This document shows positions 47,741 to 58,329 of a stretch of 63,097 bases of DNA, in pieces. Location: positions 1-63,097 of the IMG/VR virus record IMGVR_UViG_3300028840_003063, one strand, 5' to 3'. Position numbers and translations under genes: made by a program. The DNA comes from a virus. Its lineage: Duplodnaviria; Caudoviricetes. Numbering within the stretch: position 1 is the stretch's first letter; the number at the start of each line of letters is the position of its first letter. The notes beneath the pieces are model-generated. The model was given only the letters and a program-made list of their open reading frames with translations, was not told the origin of the DNA and searched no databases.

Positions 47741-49894
47741 ATGGCTTTAACTGCCGGCGAATTACAAATATTAGTAGATGTTAATACTCGCGAATTAGAT
47801 ACACTAAAAAAGAAACTTAATGACATAGATGGACAGTCTAAAAAAACACAAGGTGGCTTTAAGTCTATGGCTGCAAGTTTCTTTACAGCACAGGCAGCTT
47901 TTAGTATAGCCGAAAAAGGGTTATCTATATTAAAAGACGAATTAATAAAATCTGTAAGGGTAGCAAGAGACTTTGAAGAGGCTAATAATAAATTTAGAGT
48001 TACTTTTAGGGCTGTGGGTAAAGAAGCTAATGTATTAAGAAAAAACTTAACTGACGCTTATGGATTAAGCAGACTAGAAGCTACAAATCTATTAGCAGCA
48101 ACAGGCGACCTCTTAACAGGTTTTGGATTTCAAGGTGAAGCTGCATTAAATTTAAGTAATCAGGTTCAACAGTTAGCGGTAGACTTAGCAAGCTTTCAAA
48201 ACTTAGAAGGTGGCGCACAACAAGCAAGTGAGGCTCTTACTAAGGCGTTACTTGGCGAAACCGAAAGCGCTAAATCTTTGGGTATAGTTATAAGGGCAGC
48301 CGATGTAAACGCAAGATTAGCAGCTGAGGGTAAAGATAAACTTACAGGCCAATCTTTATTGCAAGCACAAGCAGAAGCCAGACTTCAAATAGCATTAGAA
48401 CAAAGTAAAAACGCCATTGGCGATTATGCAAGAACAACGGATTCATTAGCCAATAGGCAAAGAACTTTAAAGGCGGTACAAGAAGATGTTGCTATTTCTG
48501 TTGGGTCATTATTTTTACCGGTAATAAATAAAATTACAGGGGAGTTATTAGATAGCGCACAAGGCATTAGAGACTGGTTAGGTGAGGCTGAAAATGTAAA
48601 AAATTTAAGAAACGCAATAAGTGTTGTGTCATTTGCATTTTTTACATTATTAAAAATACTTAAATTGATAGCGACTCCGTTTTTTGCGTTTGCAAACAAC
48701 GCTATAATTGCAGCTAAGGCATTAGGCAATTTAGGAGAAGTTTTTAAAAATGTTATTGAAATTATTAAAAACCCAACAGACGCACAAGAAGCAATTGACA
48801 ACATAAAAAACATAGGTAGCAGTTTTGTAGATTTAGGCAAAGATTTAGTCGATAACTATAAAAATTTTGGTAAAACTTTTTTAAACACAGGTGTTGAAAT
48901 AAGGAAAGACTGGGATCAGCTAATGAAAGACATTGGTGAAGAAACAGGAGAAACACTGATACAAGAAACTAAACCAGAAGATACCGGAAAAGAAATAGGC
49001 GAAAAAACAGGTGATGGTATATCAAAAGGATTAGCCTCTAAAATAGATAAGATAAGCGAAACATTTAGTAAGATTTCTCAAATTGGGGGGATGATAGCAA
49101 ATGTTTTTCAAGAATCTTTTACTATCGCAGGCGAATTTGCTAATAGGTTTTTTGAAAGCCAGTTAGCGAATTTAGAAGAATTCCACAACGCAGAAATTGA
49201 AGCAATCGATGCTAGATTAGCAAGGGAAATAGAGCTAATAGAAAACAACGGCATAACAAAAGCAGAAGCTCAACAAGCAGAGCTGGAACAACTTCAAGAA
49301 GCGTTAGCGCAAGAAACTGACCTTAAAAAACAAGCGGACATACAAGAAGAAATAAATAGTCTTCAACAACAAATTAATATTAGAAAAGCCGAAACCAGAG
49401 CTGCTGAAGACCGAGAAAAAGAAGAAAAAAAATTTGCAAAAAAGAAATATAAACTAGAAGTAGAGCAATTTAATACAAATAAAGGGTTGCAAGCAGCCAA
49501 CGCAGCTATTAGCTTTGCAACGGGTTTAATCTCAATGTGGGCTAGCGTTTGGCAAGTAGGCCCAATAGCCGGTCCTATACTTGGAGGTATATTTTCAGGG
49601 TTATTAACAGGAATATTTGCAGCACAACTTGCTAGCATTCTTTCACAAGCGCCACCACCGCCACCAAAATTTCAACAGGGCGGACAATTTATTCAAGGTG
49701 GTCAAGCCATTGTTGGTGAGGCCGGCCCTGAAATAGCAGAGTTCCCTGGTGGCACTAATTTTAGAAACGCACGAGAAACCAGAAATATACTAGGAGGCGA
49801 ACGAGAGCCACAAGTAATTAATATTGTTTTAGATGGTGAAATATTACGAAGTTGGTTAATCACAAATAAAGAAGCGGAGGCTGTCGTTGGCTAA
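47741..49894 (+). CDS. Tail tape measure protein
   Basis: Ala/Gln-rich helical protein with hydrophobic segments; VGEAGPE motif. Confidence 0.88.
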   Translation: MALTAGELQILVDVNTRELDTLKKKLNDIDGQSKKTQGGFKSMAASFFTAQAAFSIAEKGLSILKDELIKSVRVARDFEEANNKFRVTFRAVGKEANVLRKNLTDAYGLSRLEATNLLAATGDLLTGFGFQGEAALNLSNQVQQLAVDLASFQNLEGGAQQASEALTKALLGETESAKSLGIVIRAADVNARLAAEGKDKLTGQSLLQAQAEARLQIALEQSKNAIGDYARTTDSLANRQRTLKAVQEDVAISVGSLFLPVINKITGELLDSAQGIRDWLGEAENVKNLRNAISVVSFAFFTLLKILKLIATPFFAFANNAIIAAKALGNLGEVFKNVIEIIKNPTDAQEAIDNIKNIGSSFVDLGKDLVDNYKNFGKTFLNTGVEIRKDWDQLMKDIGEETGETLIQETKPEDTGKEIGEKTGDGISKGLASKIDKISETFSKISQIGGMIANVFQESFTIAGEFANRFFESQLANLEEFHNAEIEAIDARLAREIELIENNGITKAEAQQAELEQLQEALAQETDLKKQADIQEEINSLQQQINIRKAETRAAEDREKEEKKFAKKKYKLEVEQFNTNKGLQAANAAISFATGLISMWASVWQVGPIAGPILGGIFSGLLTGIFAAQLASILSQAPPPPPKFQQGGQFIQGGQAIVGEAGPEIAEFPGGTNFRNARETRNILGGEREPQVINIVLDGEILRSWLITNKEAEAVVG

Positions 49895-50867
49895 TTATTA
49901 TTTACAGCAAGGTGATGATACAAGTTTAACATATAATCTTGATATAGTTGGTGATTTAGATATTGGTCTTCCTTCACTAGATTATAAATTAGTTGATATT
50001 AAAGGCGAGGGTGGCCAATTACAAGGCGTTGGTACACAAAAAGGTAGAGTGTTAGAATTTTCGTATTTTTTCAAAAGAAATGAAGAATATGAAAGAGATG
50101 AGTTTTTAGATTGGTTAACAAAAGGAAGTGAAATTACTTTATATTGTTATAAAACAGTTGACAAAAGAGTAAGATGTTCTATTACAAACACTAGCACAGA
50201 AGTAAAAGTAATAGGTATAAATAGCACACAGCAATTAAAACAACTATCAACTGGGGATTCAATAACAGGCGTAGGAATTCCAGATAATACAGTGATAGAT
50301 ACTATAAATTCTACTAGTTTTTTAATCGATCAAGCAGCAACAGCTTCACTTAACGACACTTGGCTTCAAGCAAGAACGTTTACAGGCAGAACAAGAGTAT
50401 ATCCTCAACCAAAAGGTGGGGAAGCTTATAAAGTTAATCGTTTATCTGAAAGTGTTAATTTTTCTTGTATTTCAAAAAATCCTTTTTTTACATCAACAAC
50501 ACTTACTATCACAGAATTTGACTCTACATCAAAAACAGAAAAAAGCACAACCATAAATATAAATGGATATAGAACGCCTATAATAGTTGATTTTACACCA
50601 AATGAATCTTTTAGCGTTTTACAAGTGAAAACATCGGACTCTTTTGGTTTTAAGGCTAGTAGAGCTTTTCAGTCTGGTGAAACAATTTCTGTTAATACCG
50701 GCAACTCAGAATTAACAATGACAATAGATGGAAATACAGTTACGGGCATATTTGATGCAGATTCAACGCCTTTTATGCTAGAAAAAACTACAAATGTTTT
50801 AAGTATAATTGCATCTAATAGTACGGACGGTGCTTTAAAAATAAAATATTATGAGAGAAGAATATAA
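49887..50867 (+). CDS. Distal tail (Dit-like) protein with insertion
   Basis: Follows the tape measure gene; NPFF; KYYERRI C-terminus. Confidence 0.6.
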   Translation: MANYYLQQGDDTSLTYNLDIVGDLDIGLPSLDYKLVDIKGEGGQLQGVGTQKGRVLEFSYFFKRNEEYERDEFLDWLTKGSEITLYCYKTVDKRVRCSITNTSTEVKVIGINSTQQLKQLSTGDSITGVGIPDNTVIDTINSTSFLIDQAATASLNDTWLQARTFTGRTRVYPQPKGGEAYKVNRLSESVNFSCISKNPFFTSTTLTITEFDSTSKTEKSTTININGYRTPIIVDFTPNESFSVLQVKTSDSFGFKASRAFQSGETISVNTGNSELTMTIDGNTVTGIFDADSTPFMLEKTTNVLSIIASNSTDGALKIKYYERRI

Positions 50868-52468
50868 TGTATATTATAGGCGAGCAGCCATTAGGTGAAA
50901 CACCTGTAAGTGTTAGCCAACTATCAACACCCCCGATACCCTATTATAGATGGAAAGTAGAAGTAGAAGGTGTGAAAACGTGGCATATACACGGGTTTGA
51001 TTGTTCTATAAAAAGCGGTAAGGCTAGCGATACCATAAAAGGGATGGGTAAAGCAGAATTAAATTTTGCTGTTTTAGACGTTCCTATTATAAGCCAAGAC
51101 CGAGTTAACATGTATTATAACTCAGAGAAGGTTTATTCTGGATATGTTGATAAAATACCAGATTTATCGGGTGGTAAAGTTTCTATTTCACCTGATAGCA
51201 AAAAATTTGAGACGGCTGTATATAATGCAGATTATACTAGCACAAACGCAACATATCAACAAATAATACAAGATGTATTAAGTGACAAACAATCTCAAAC
51301 TGATATATTGTATAACGCTAGTCTTATAGATATTGATGATACAACAGCAAAAAGTATAGACTATAATTATAAATCGGTAAAAACATTATTAAATGATATT
51401 GTTGATCAGCTAGACGACAGATATGCCGGCGCAGATGCAAACCAATTTTATTTTATAAAAACACTATCAACATCTATTAAGTATTATTTATATAACAGCG
51501 AAAATCCAGCTTTTCAAGACATAACGGTAACGGAAGACGACAGCAAGATTAAAGCTACTAGATATCAGGTATATCAAAAATCTACTAGCGGTAGTGAAAC
51601 TAATAGACTAGGGCAAGTTGGCTATGACTCTTCAACCGGGGACTATCCATCTTTAAGCATTGAAAATAGGATTGGTATAAAAGAAAAAAAATATACAGCT
51701 CCGGAAGGGTTGAATTCTTCTAACGCTCTTAATTTTGCATATACAAAGCTAAAAGCAGAAACTGTTATACCTACTAATATAAAAATTAAAGGTTTAGACT
51801 TACGTAGAATTCCTGTAAAAATTGGAGATAGAATAAGAGGCTACAAGCCAGAAACTTTGTTATGGCGTACTATAATAGATTGTGAATCTACAAGCAATTG
51901 GCTTGGTAATGCCGAATTAAGTACTATTGCAAAAAAAGATACTTATTCTATTACTTTTTCTGGACTTGGTGGTATTCATTACGGTTACCCTGAGCTAAAA
52001 CAATGGAGAAAAATACAAAAAATTGGTTTTTATATTAGGTCAAATAAAAGTGTAACATGTAGAGTTGATATAGCTAATTATGCTCAAGCATATGGATATG
52101 TTAATTATTCTATGGGTAATTATAGTTTTGGTAATTCTACCGGTACTGACGAAATGAATTCTACATATTTTAATGTTTATGTTGGAAATGTTAATCAATG
52201 GATATGGTATGACACACCAATTACATGTGATGATTTTAGGTATATTAGTTTTAGCTCTACCGATCAAAACGCGACTATTTGGATTGATGAAATTAAATTA
52301 TATCAATATCACAGACAATTTTATGATGGGAATGTAATACAAATAGACTATGAGTTAGGAAGTGATTTTGTAAACGTGCAAGCAGGGGAATTTCAAGAAT
52401 TTGTTAATGATGATTTTTTTAATTTACAAAAAGAATTAGAGCAACAAAAAATAATACAGGAAGCTTAA
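50867..52468 (+). CDS. Tail hub/baseplate protein
   Basis: Gene order; beta-rich; possible carbohydrate-binding insertion. Confidence 0.55.
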   Translation: MYIIGEQPLGETPVSVSQLSTPPIPYYRWKVEVEGVKTWHIHGFDCSIKSGKASDTIKGMGKAELNFAVLDVPIISQDRVNMYYNSEKVYSGYVDKIPDLSGGKVSISPDSKKFETAVYNADYTSTNATYQQIIQDVLSDKQSQTDILYNASLIDIDDTTAKSIDYNYKSVKTLLNDIVDQLDDRYAGADANQFYFIKTLSTSIKYYLYNSENPAFQDITVTEDDSKIKATRYQVYQKSTSGSETNRLGQVGYDSSTGDYPSLSIENRIGIKEKKYTAPEGLNSSNALNFAYTKLKAETVIPTNIKIKGLDLRRIPVKIGDRIRGYKPETLLWRTIIDCESTSNWLGNAELSTIAKKDTYSITFSGLGGIHYGYPELKQWRKIQKIGFYIRSNKSVTCRVDIANYAQAYGYVNYSMGNYSFGNSTGTDEMNSTYFNVYVGNVNQWIWYDTPITCDDFRYISFSSTDQNATIWIDEIKLYQYHRQFYDGNVIQIDYELGSDFVNVQAGEFQEFVNDDFFNLQKELEQQKIIQEA

Positions 52469-52469
52469 A

Positions 52470-52664
52470 ATGGGATTTAAATTAGAAGAAGAAGACTATT
52501 TAAAATCTTTATGTTTTGAGAATGAAAAAAACAAGCAAATTAAAACGTTAGAAATAAATATGTGGAATGAAATAAAAACATTAAAAGAGTCAACGGATAA
52601 TAATAAATATACAAAAATTACTGAAATAAAACAAAAATATTACAAAGATATTATGGAGTTATAA
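52470..52664 (+). CDS. Hypothetical protein
   Basis: ORF track, tightly packed. Confidence 0.5.
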   Translation: MGFKLEEEDYLKSLCFENEKNKQIKTLEINMWNEIKTLKESTDNNKYTKITEIKQKYYKDIMEL

Positions 52665-53486
52665 ATGGCAGTTACATATTATGAAAGCGCCAAAAGCCCA
52701 CTAGATAATACGGTTGTAAGACCATATAGGTTTATTAGTGATAGTAGTACCGAAAGTACAAGTAATGCTGTTGCGATAGACGATGTTACAATACCCGCAA
52801 GCCCAAATTTTCCCCCAAGTGAAAGCGGCGCGAGTACAAGCTATTATATATTTTTAGACTTAGATATATATAAAACATCAACAAATAGTACAAATTTTGC
52901 TGTATATAATGTTACACAAGGTCGAAGTTTAACAGTTGTTGACCCTAGCGTGGGATTATCTAATTATACCTGTAAGTTTTATTCTACAACAAGCGAAAGA
53001 AGAAATGTTTTAGAGGTTCATGTTGGTAGCACCAGCAACCAAGCTAGTGACGTTTTAAGTTTAGCAGGAGAGTTCAGTGCTAGTATCATAAACGGAGAGC
53101 AATATAGCACTGATAGAAGAATAGATTATGCATATGGGACTCCATTTGGTACAGTTCAAAGAAATGAGTATCAAATAAGAACAAGAACATATCCCATATC
53201 TGGCTGGAATATGAATTCTGACGCTTTATTAAGTTTTTCATTTTCAGAAAGTTTAGATTCTGCCGGTGATATAATAGAATTACAAGCTTTAATAAATAAT
53301 GACTCTACTTCTAATATAATATATTATCAACTGAATGGCGGTGGCTATGCCTGGATACAGCTTGCTACAACAAATGCCGTAACTGTTTCTTTGACGCGAA
53401 GCGCTGGAGGGTTATTTGATAGCACAAATTTCGAAAGTACTACAATATCGCGTGGTATTGTGACTATAAGATATTATTCAACATAA
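52665..53486 (+). CDS. Ser/Thr-rich tail protein
   Basis: Position and composition. Confidence 0.6.
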   Translation: MAVTYYESAKSPLDNTVVRPYRFISDSSTESTSNAVAIDDVTIPASPNFPPSESGASTSYYIFLDLDIYKTSTNSTNFAVYNVTQGRSLTVVDPSVGLSNYTCKFYSTTSERRNVLEVHVGSTSNQASDVLSLAGEFSASIINGEQYSTDRRIDYAYGTPFGTVQRNEYQIRTRTYPISGWNMNSDALLSFSFSESLDSAGDIIELQALINNDSTSNIIYYQLNGGGYAWIQLATTNAVTVSLTRSAGGLFDSTNFESTTISRGIVTIRYYST

Positions 53487-53495
53487 GGAAATAAA

Positions 53496-54980
53496 ATGAG
53501 CGTACATTTAGGTGATTATAATGGTGATGCTTATGTGTGGGGGTTATCTCATAATGATTCTCATAGGGCATATAAGGGGTATACGGATTATATCAATATA
53601 AGTATTTTTACCACAACACAACCCTTACGTGTTAGTTCAAGTAGTGCATTTGGTGTTTATATAGAGTCTAGCGCTACGATTGACTCACAAGCTAGTGGGA
53701 ATAATTGTTACCCTCCATCAACAGCACTTAGCTATTATAATATGCAAACTATTTATGAATCAGCCGATAGAGATTTTACTTGGGGGTCAACAAACTTTCC
53801 TTCAACAGATGCTATTGCTGCAAGTACTTATTTTTTAGAATGCTATGGTGCAGAAAACGTTTCTAGTACGTCTAAGGGTTTTGGAATATATGGTGCAAGC
53901 ACGGAAGCTCCTGTTTATTATATTGATAGGGGGGGGTGGTATAATTCTAACGGCAGAGTTTTAGCACAGTTTGAAAGTGACACAAGTGGGTTAGTAAGTA
54001 ATTTACAATTATATGCGATTAGCTACCAATCAACAGGGTTTTATTTTCCATCAACAATGCAAAATCTAACAATAAGAACTGAAAAAAACGGTAATACTGT
54101 AATTGGTGATAGGTTATTAGAATTAACGGCTAGTACAGGAATTGACTTAAATTCTACTGACGGGATTAGCACAATTATTGTAAATTCTAGCGGTGTCCAA
54201 GTTCCCATAAATATAGCCGATGGCTTAGGCAATCCTACTAGCTTTATTAATAGAGATTTATTTGTAAAAAAAGTTAGTCAAGCCGGAGAGGCTGTAATAT
54301 ATGGTAAAATAGAAGATAGCACTTATATAAGATTAATTAATCAATATGACTGGGTTCAACTAAAAGCAATATCTACAAGTTGGATTATAAAAGATAAAAA
54401 TAGAAATGTATATTCTGGATACAATAGACGCTCAGATTATGAAAATGTTCATACTGGCACGCCAAACATTATATATGATGGTGCGAGCGGCGCTCCTGTT
54501 GTTGGCGAAAAAATACAATGTACTTCTACAAGCTCTACAACTGTTGTTGCATTAGGATATGTAATAAATGATCCATCTACAACAACAATAGTGTTAAGAG
54601 ATATTGTTAGCACTGGCAGTACCACGTTATTCCCTGATAATTTTGAAATAGAAGGTGAGGTAAGCGGATTTACCGCATTAGTTAATGGGGATGTAAAAAA
54701 CGCAGACTGTGATTTTTATCACGGGTTTAATAAAAATATTAGGGAATTAGAAATAGATTATTATATTTCTACTGACGGTACGGAAAGTGGGTCATTTAGA
54801 ATTTATTCTAACGCTGGAAACGCATCACTAAATGTAGGGCAAGTAATATATCAAGTGGGGTCTAGTTCTTTCCAATTACAGTGGGGTAGTAATGGAGAAA
54901 GTTATGTTGACGGAGATGGAGCAAGAACGCTATTAGATACAGATGATTATTGGATTAATGTAAGGGTAAGGGATAGATAA
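53496..54980 (+). CDS. Ser/Thr-rich tail fibre/receptor-binding candidate
   Basis: Last large gene of the tail module. Confidence 0.55.
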   Translation: MSVHLGDYNGDAYVWGLSHNDSHRAYKGYTDYINISIFTTTQPLRVSSSSAFGVYIESSATIDSQASGNNCYPPSTALSYYNMQTIYESADRDFTWGSTNFPSTDAIAASTYFLECYGAENVSSTSKGFGIYGASTEAPVYYIDRGGWYNSNGRVLAQFESDTSGLVSNLQLYAISYQSTGFYFPSTMQNLTIRTEKNGNTVIGDRLLELTASTGIDLNSTDGISTIIVNSSGVQVPINIADGLGNPTSFINRDLFVKKVSQAGEAVIYGKIEDSTYIRLINQYDWVQLKAISTSWIIKDKNRNVYSGYNRRSDYENVHTGTPNIIYDGASGAPVVGEKIQCTSTSSTTVVALGYVINDPSTTTIVLRDIVSTGSTTLFPDNFEIEGEVSGFTALVNGDVKNADCDFYHGFNKNIRELEIDYYISTDGTESGSFRIYSNAGNASLNVGQVIYQVGSSSFQLQWGSNGESYVDGDGARTLLDTDDYWINVRVRDR

Positions 54981-55774
54981 TGCTTAGTAACATGAATATA
55001 TATTCCGTGTTAGTTGTTAGTATAATAAGTATAGCTGGTGTAGTTATAGCAATGTTAATTATAAAAGTTTTAAAAGGCTTGTTAGGCAAAATTAAAAATG
55101 CAAAAATACCGGGTGTTGAATTAAAATTTAATGGCGATATAAAAAGCTGTAATTTACAACCTTTTGCTTTAATTTTTCGTGAATCTTTGCGAGTTGGAAG
55201 AGAAATTGATAGAATAGACTTTCAAGAACGATTACGCGAGCAAATGAATTATGTTGAAGATGAAATAATAGAGATTAAAGAATTGATTGTTAAAATTCAT
55301 AGGCATATATTACAGGCTAAGGGAATATCTAAAAGTGATTCAGAAATTCATCCGCAAATAAAAATACTTTCAGAAATTGTAGAAAATATGCTTAAAGACA
55401 TGAAGGGTATAGTCAGAGATAAATTTAAAGAAATGTATGATTTGTTTAATATAGAAGAAAATGTTAATAATGATTATAACTTTATACGGGATGATTTTGA
55501 AAAATATTTAAATAGGGTTATTGAAAATATTATGCAAGAAAGTAGAGCTAATATTAGAAAAAGATGGGTTGATCATAAAGAAATAGCAATAGGCCGTCGT
55601 GAAAGTTGGGAAAGCATAATAAAGACCATGAAAAACAATGATAAATCAAATATATGTATTCTTGTAAGGGAAATGTTTATTAATGCAATTAAAGTACAAT
55701 TAAAGTATTCAAAACGAATAAAGGCGTTAGAATTTAAGATAGATGAAATAATACAAGGTATATCTAATGAATAA
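54980..55774 (+). CDS. Membrane-anchored protein (lysis region)
   Basis: N-terminal transmembrane helix. Confidence 0.6.
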   Translation: MLSNMNIYSVLVVSIISIAGVVIAMLIIKVLKGLLGKIKNAKIPGVELKFNGDIKSCNLQPFALIFRESLRVGREIDRIDFQERLREQMNYVEDEIIEIKELIVKIHRHILQAKGISKSDSEIHPQIKILSEIVENMLKDMKGIVRDKFKEMYDLFNIEENVNNDYNFIRDDFEKYLNRVIENIMQESRANIRKRWVDHKEIAIGRRESWESIIKTMKNNDKSNICILVREMFINAIKVQLKYSKRIKALEFKIDEIIQGISNE

Positions 55775-55994
55775 AGACGAACAACTAGTGGGTGCTGTTC
55801 ATAAAAATACAGTATTGGCAAAAAAATGTACATTTGCAAACCCGTTGTATCATAAAAATTTATATCCTAATATGAAAAAGTATTGGCGATATGATAAATA
55901 TAGAGGTTTAGAAGAATCAATATTTAGTAAATCCCACTTGACAAACAAAGACAAAAGTAAAATAATGAAATTTATTTTGGAAAATTTTAAATGA
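55767..55994 (+). CDS. Hypothetical protein
   Basis: ORF track. Confidence 0.45.
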   Translation: MNKDEQLVGAVHKNTVLAKKCTFANPLYHKNLYPNMKKYWRYDKYRGLEESIFSKSHLTNKDKSKIMKFILENFK

Positions 55995-56182
55995 AAATAT
56001 TAAGATTTTTAGCAATATTTTTATATATATTTCACTATATGTTATTAGGGTTAGGAATAATATTTTTAGGCTTAAAATTTATAATAGGTATAAGTGTTTT
56101 TTTTAGCTTAACGATGATTATTGGCTGGTTTATTATAATGATTAGTATGTCATTATATATTTTTATAAAAATGAATAGGTAA
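55991..56182 (+). CDS. Small membrane protein
   Basis: Two hydrophobic segments. Confidence 0.45.
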   Translation: MKILRFLAIFLYIFHYMLLGLGIIFLGLKFIIGISVFFSLTMIIGWFIIMISMSLYIFIKMNR

Positions 56183-56362
56183 AAAAATGAGCTTTTATGC
56201 CATTGAAAATGAATGTTTTTGTCCTAAATGCAAAAGATTAGGTTTAAAAATTAAAATGCGTGAGTTTTCAAAAAGTTATATACATTTTACGGGTAAAATA
56301 AAATGGGAAATATATTATAAATGTCCTAAATGTGGGTGGTATAAAAAAAGAGAGGATTAAAA

Positions 56363-56827
56363 ATGAAAGGGTTATTATTGTCGTTTATTTTTTATGGAAT
56401 TGCTTATTATGTATTTGAAGCATTGTTTAATTATATATCCATTGATTTGTTGGGGTCTAAAATAGCGTGGAAAGAAAAAATAAGGTTAAAAACATCTATA
56501 AGCCCTTCTTTTTGGATGATTCCGGCAGGTTCCTTATTGGGATTTTTGTTACATTTATACATAATGATTCCTTTAAACTATAAAAATATATTTATTTTAA
56601 TTTTATTGGGAATAGTAAGCTGTGTAATTATAACAGGCTTAGAGTTACTATCAGGGCTGCTGCTAAATATTAAAATGAAATTAAATCTTTGGAACTATGA
56701 CACTAAAATTACTTTATTTAAAAAAAACATACCTTTAAATTATAAAGGGCAAATAGATATATTTCATTCGATAGGGTGGTTTTTTATAGGATATATAGTT
56801 TTAGTTATAGATAAAATTTTATTTTAG
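56363..56827 (+). CDS. CmpB/TMEM229-like membrane protein
   Basis: TGLELLSGLLLN...LWNY...NYKGQI...W. Confidence 0.7.
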   Translation: MKGLLLSFIFYGIAYYVFEALFNYISIDLLGSKIAWKEKIRLKTSISPSFWMIPAGSLLGFLLHLYIMIPLNYKNIFILILLGIVSCVIITGLELLSGLLLNIKMKLNLWNYDTKITLFKKNIPLNYKGQIDIFHSIGWFFIGYIVLVIDKILF

Positions 56828-56836
56828 GAGTCTAAA

Positions 56837-57052
56837 ATGAAAATGATAAAAATATTACAGGGCGCGGTTGTATTAATGTTTATTGCTATGGTTGTGACTG
56901 GTATATTAACATTAGTATACTGGCCTAATAAATTAGATGGATATAAAACGTTAGTAGAAACTATATTCCCTTATTTTATGTCAACTGTAATACCTGCATT
57001 GATAGGAAAGCCTTTGACAGAGGGAGTTAAAAATTTAACACAAAAAAAATAA
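56837..57052 (+). CDS. Holin-like two-helix membrane protein
   Basis: Two transmembrane segments, basic C-terminus, M-K-M dual-start pattern. Confidence 0.45.
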   Translation: MKMIKILQGAVVLMFIAMVVTGILTLVYWPNKLDGYKTLVETIFPYFMSTVIPALIGKPLTEGVKNLTQKK

Positions 57053-57261
57053 GGATTAAATATAGATAAAATTTAAAACCAAGACAATGTTAGTCTTACA
57101 AATAATATTATCAATTATTGGTGGTATTATTATACTGCTTATATTAAAATTTTTTTTTGACGGCTGGTTATGATAAAATCTATAAAAGAATTTTTTATCA
57201 CTTTGTTTTTAGTTTTTTATGTTTTTATAGCGTTTATATATTATACAATAAGGTGTAAAAA

Positions 57262-57816
57262 ATGAAAAAGTTTAAAACTATTGTTATTATTATATTAAGT
57301 GTTTTACTTTTTATAGTTATAGGAATAAATACAATACAATATATATTTAGTCTAAAAAAAGATAAAGAAATTGCAGGGTTAAAACTTGAAAATGAAACTA
57401 TTATAGACAACTTTGATAAAAAAGAAAATGTTTATGTAAATTTGATTGCCGATCGTGATAAAACTATTTCAGATTATAAACTAAATAAACCAAAAACAGA
57501 AAAAGAAATAATATATTATGAAACTATAAAAAAAGACACTAAACTTATAGAAGAATTAAGAGAAGATAATAAACAGTTAAAAACACAATTAGAAAAAACA
57601 AATAAAGCTTTAAAAAGCATATATTACATCAAACATGGATTAAGCTTATTTGCATTAGCAGGAATTGACAGGGAATTAGAAATTGATGTTTATACAGGAA
57701 TTATTTATAGAAGGTATTTGTTTAAAGGCAGATTTTTTATAGGGGGCGGTGCTGCAATTAAGCTATATGACGAAATAGGTGTTAGTGGTTTATTTGAACT
57801 AGGATTTACTTTTTAA
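57262..57816 (+). CDS. Spanin-like protein
   Basis: N-terminal TM helix, coiled coil, C-terminal beta-strands ending in Phe. Confidence 0.4.
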   Translation: MKKFKTIVIIILSVLLFIVIGINTIQYIFSLKKDKEIAGLKLENETIIDNFDKKENVYVNLIADRDKTISDYKLNKPKTEKEIIYYETIKKDTKLIEELREDNKQLKTQLEKTNKALKSIYYIKHGLSLFALAGIDRELEIDVYTGIIYRRYLFKGRFFIGGGAAIKLYDEIGVSGLFELGFTF

Positions 57817-57841
57817 AAAAGCCTGCTTTTACACAGGCTTT
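57815..57841. terminator. Bidirectional terminator between converging arms
   Basis: AAAGCCTG-8 nt-CAGGCTTT between the stops at 57816 and 57844. Confidence 0.7.
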
Positions 57842-57843
57842 GA

Positions 57844-58110
57844 TTAAAATAGTTTTTGGGGTGATGGCCTTGGGCCTCCACGACCAGTTTTTTCTTTTTT
57901 GATTTTAGGCTTTTTAGTTTTTTCTTTCTTAACTAATTCTAATTGGTTTTCATCGAAGTTCTGCCAATCAACAGGTTTGCCTTCATGTAAATCTTCTGAT
58001 TGCAAAGAATATCTATTACATCCAGTTAAATAATCAATTCTTGCAACAATAATACCAGAAAAACCTGTTATTTTTTCTTTTGCCCTTTGACCTAATTTAA
58101 ATTTAAACAT
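57844..58110 (-). CDS. Small SH3-like phage protein, paralog of 10400..10645
   Basis: LGQRAKEKITGFSGIIVARIDYLTGC...FDENQL. Confidence 0.75.
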   Translation of the reverse strand: MFKFKLGQRAKEKITGFSGIIVARIDYLTGCNRYSLQSEDLHEGKPVDWQNFDENQLELVKKEKTKKPKIKKEKTGRGGPRPSPQKLF

Positions 58111-58329
58111 ATTTATTCTCCTTTGTTTTTATATATGACAATCATATACAGATAATAAAGTATTTTCATCTAAACCTTCAATTAGTTTATAAAATTCTTT
58201 ATTCCATATAGATTGATCTTTTTTATCCTTTTTTTTATAATATAAAATTTAATATACATGTCATACCGACAATAATTAAAGCAAAAGTTAATACAATTGC
58301 TGTTAATGTTAACCAAAATTTAAAGTTAG

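Noticed and set aside
29967-55839. Numerous minus-strand ORFs inside rightward genes (e.g. 29967, 34056, 37657, 48424)
   Set aside because: Antisense to well-supported genes, with no motifs or RBS.
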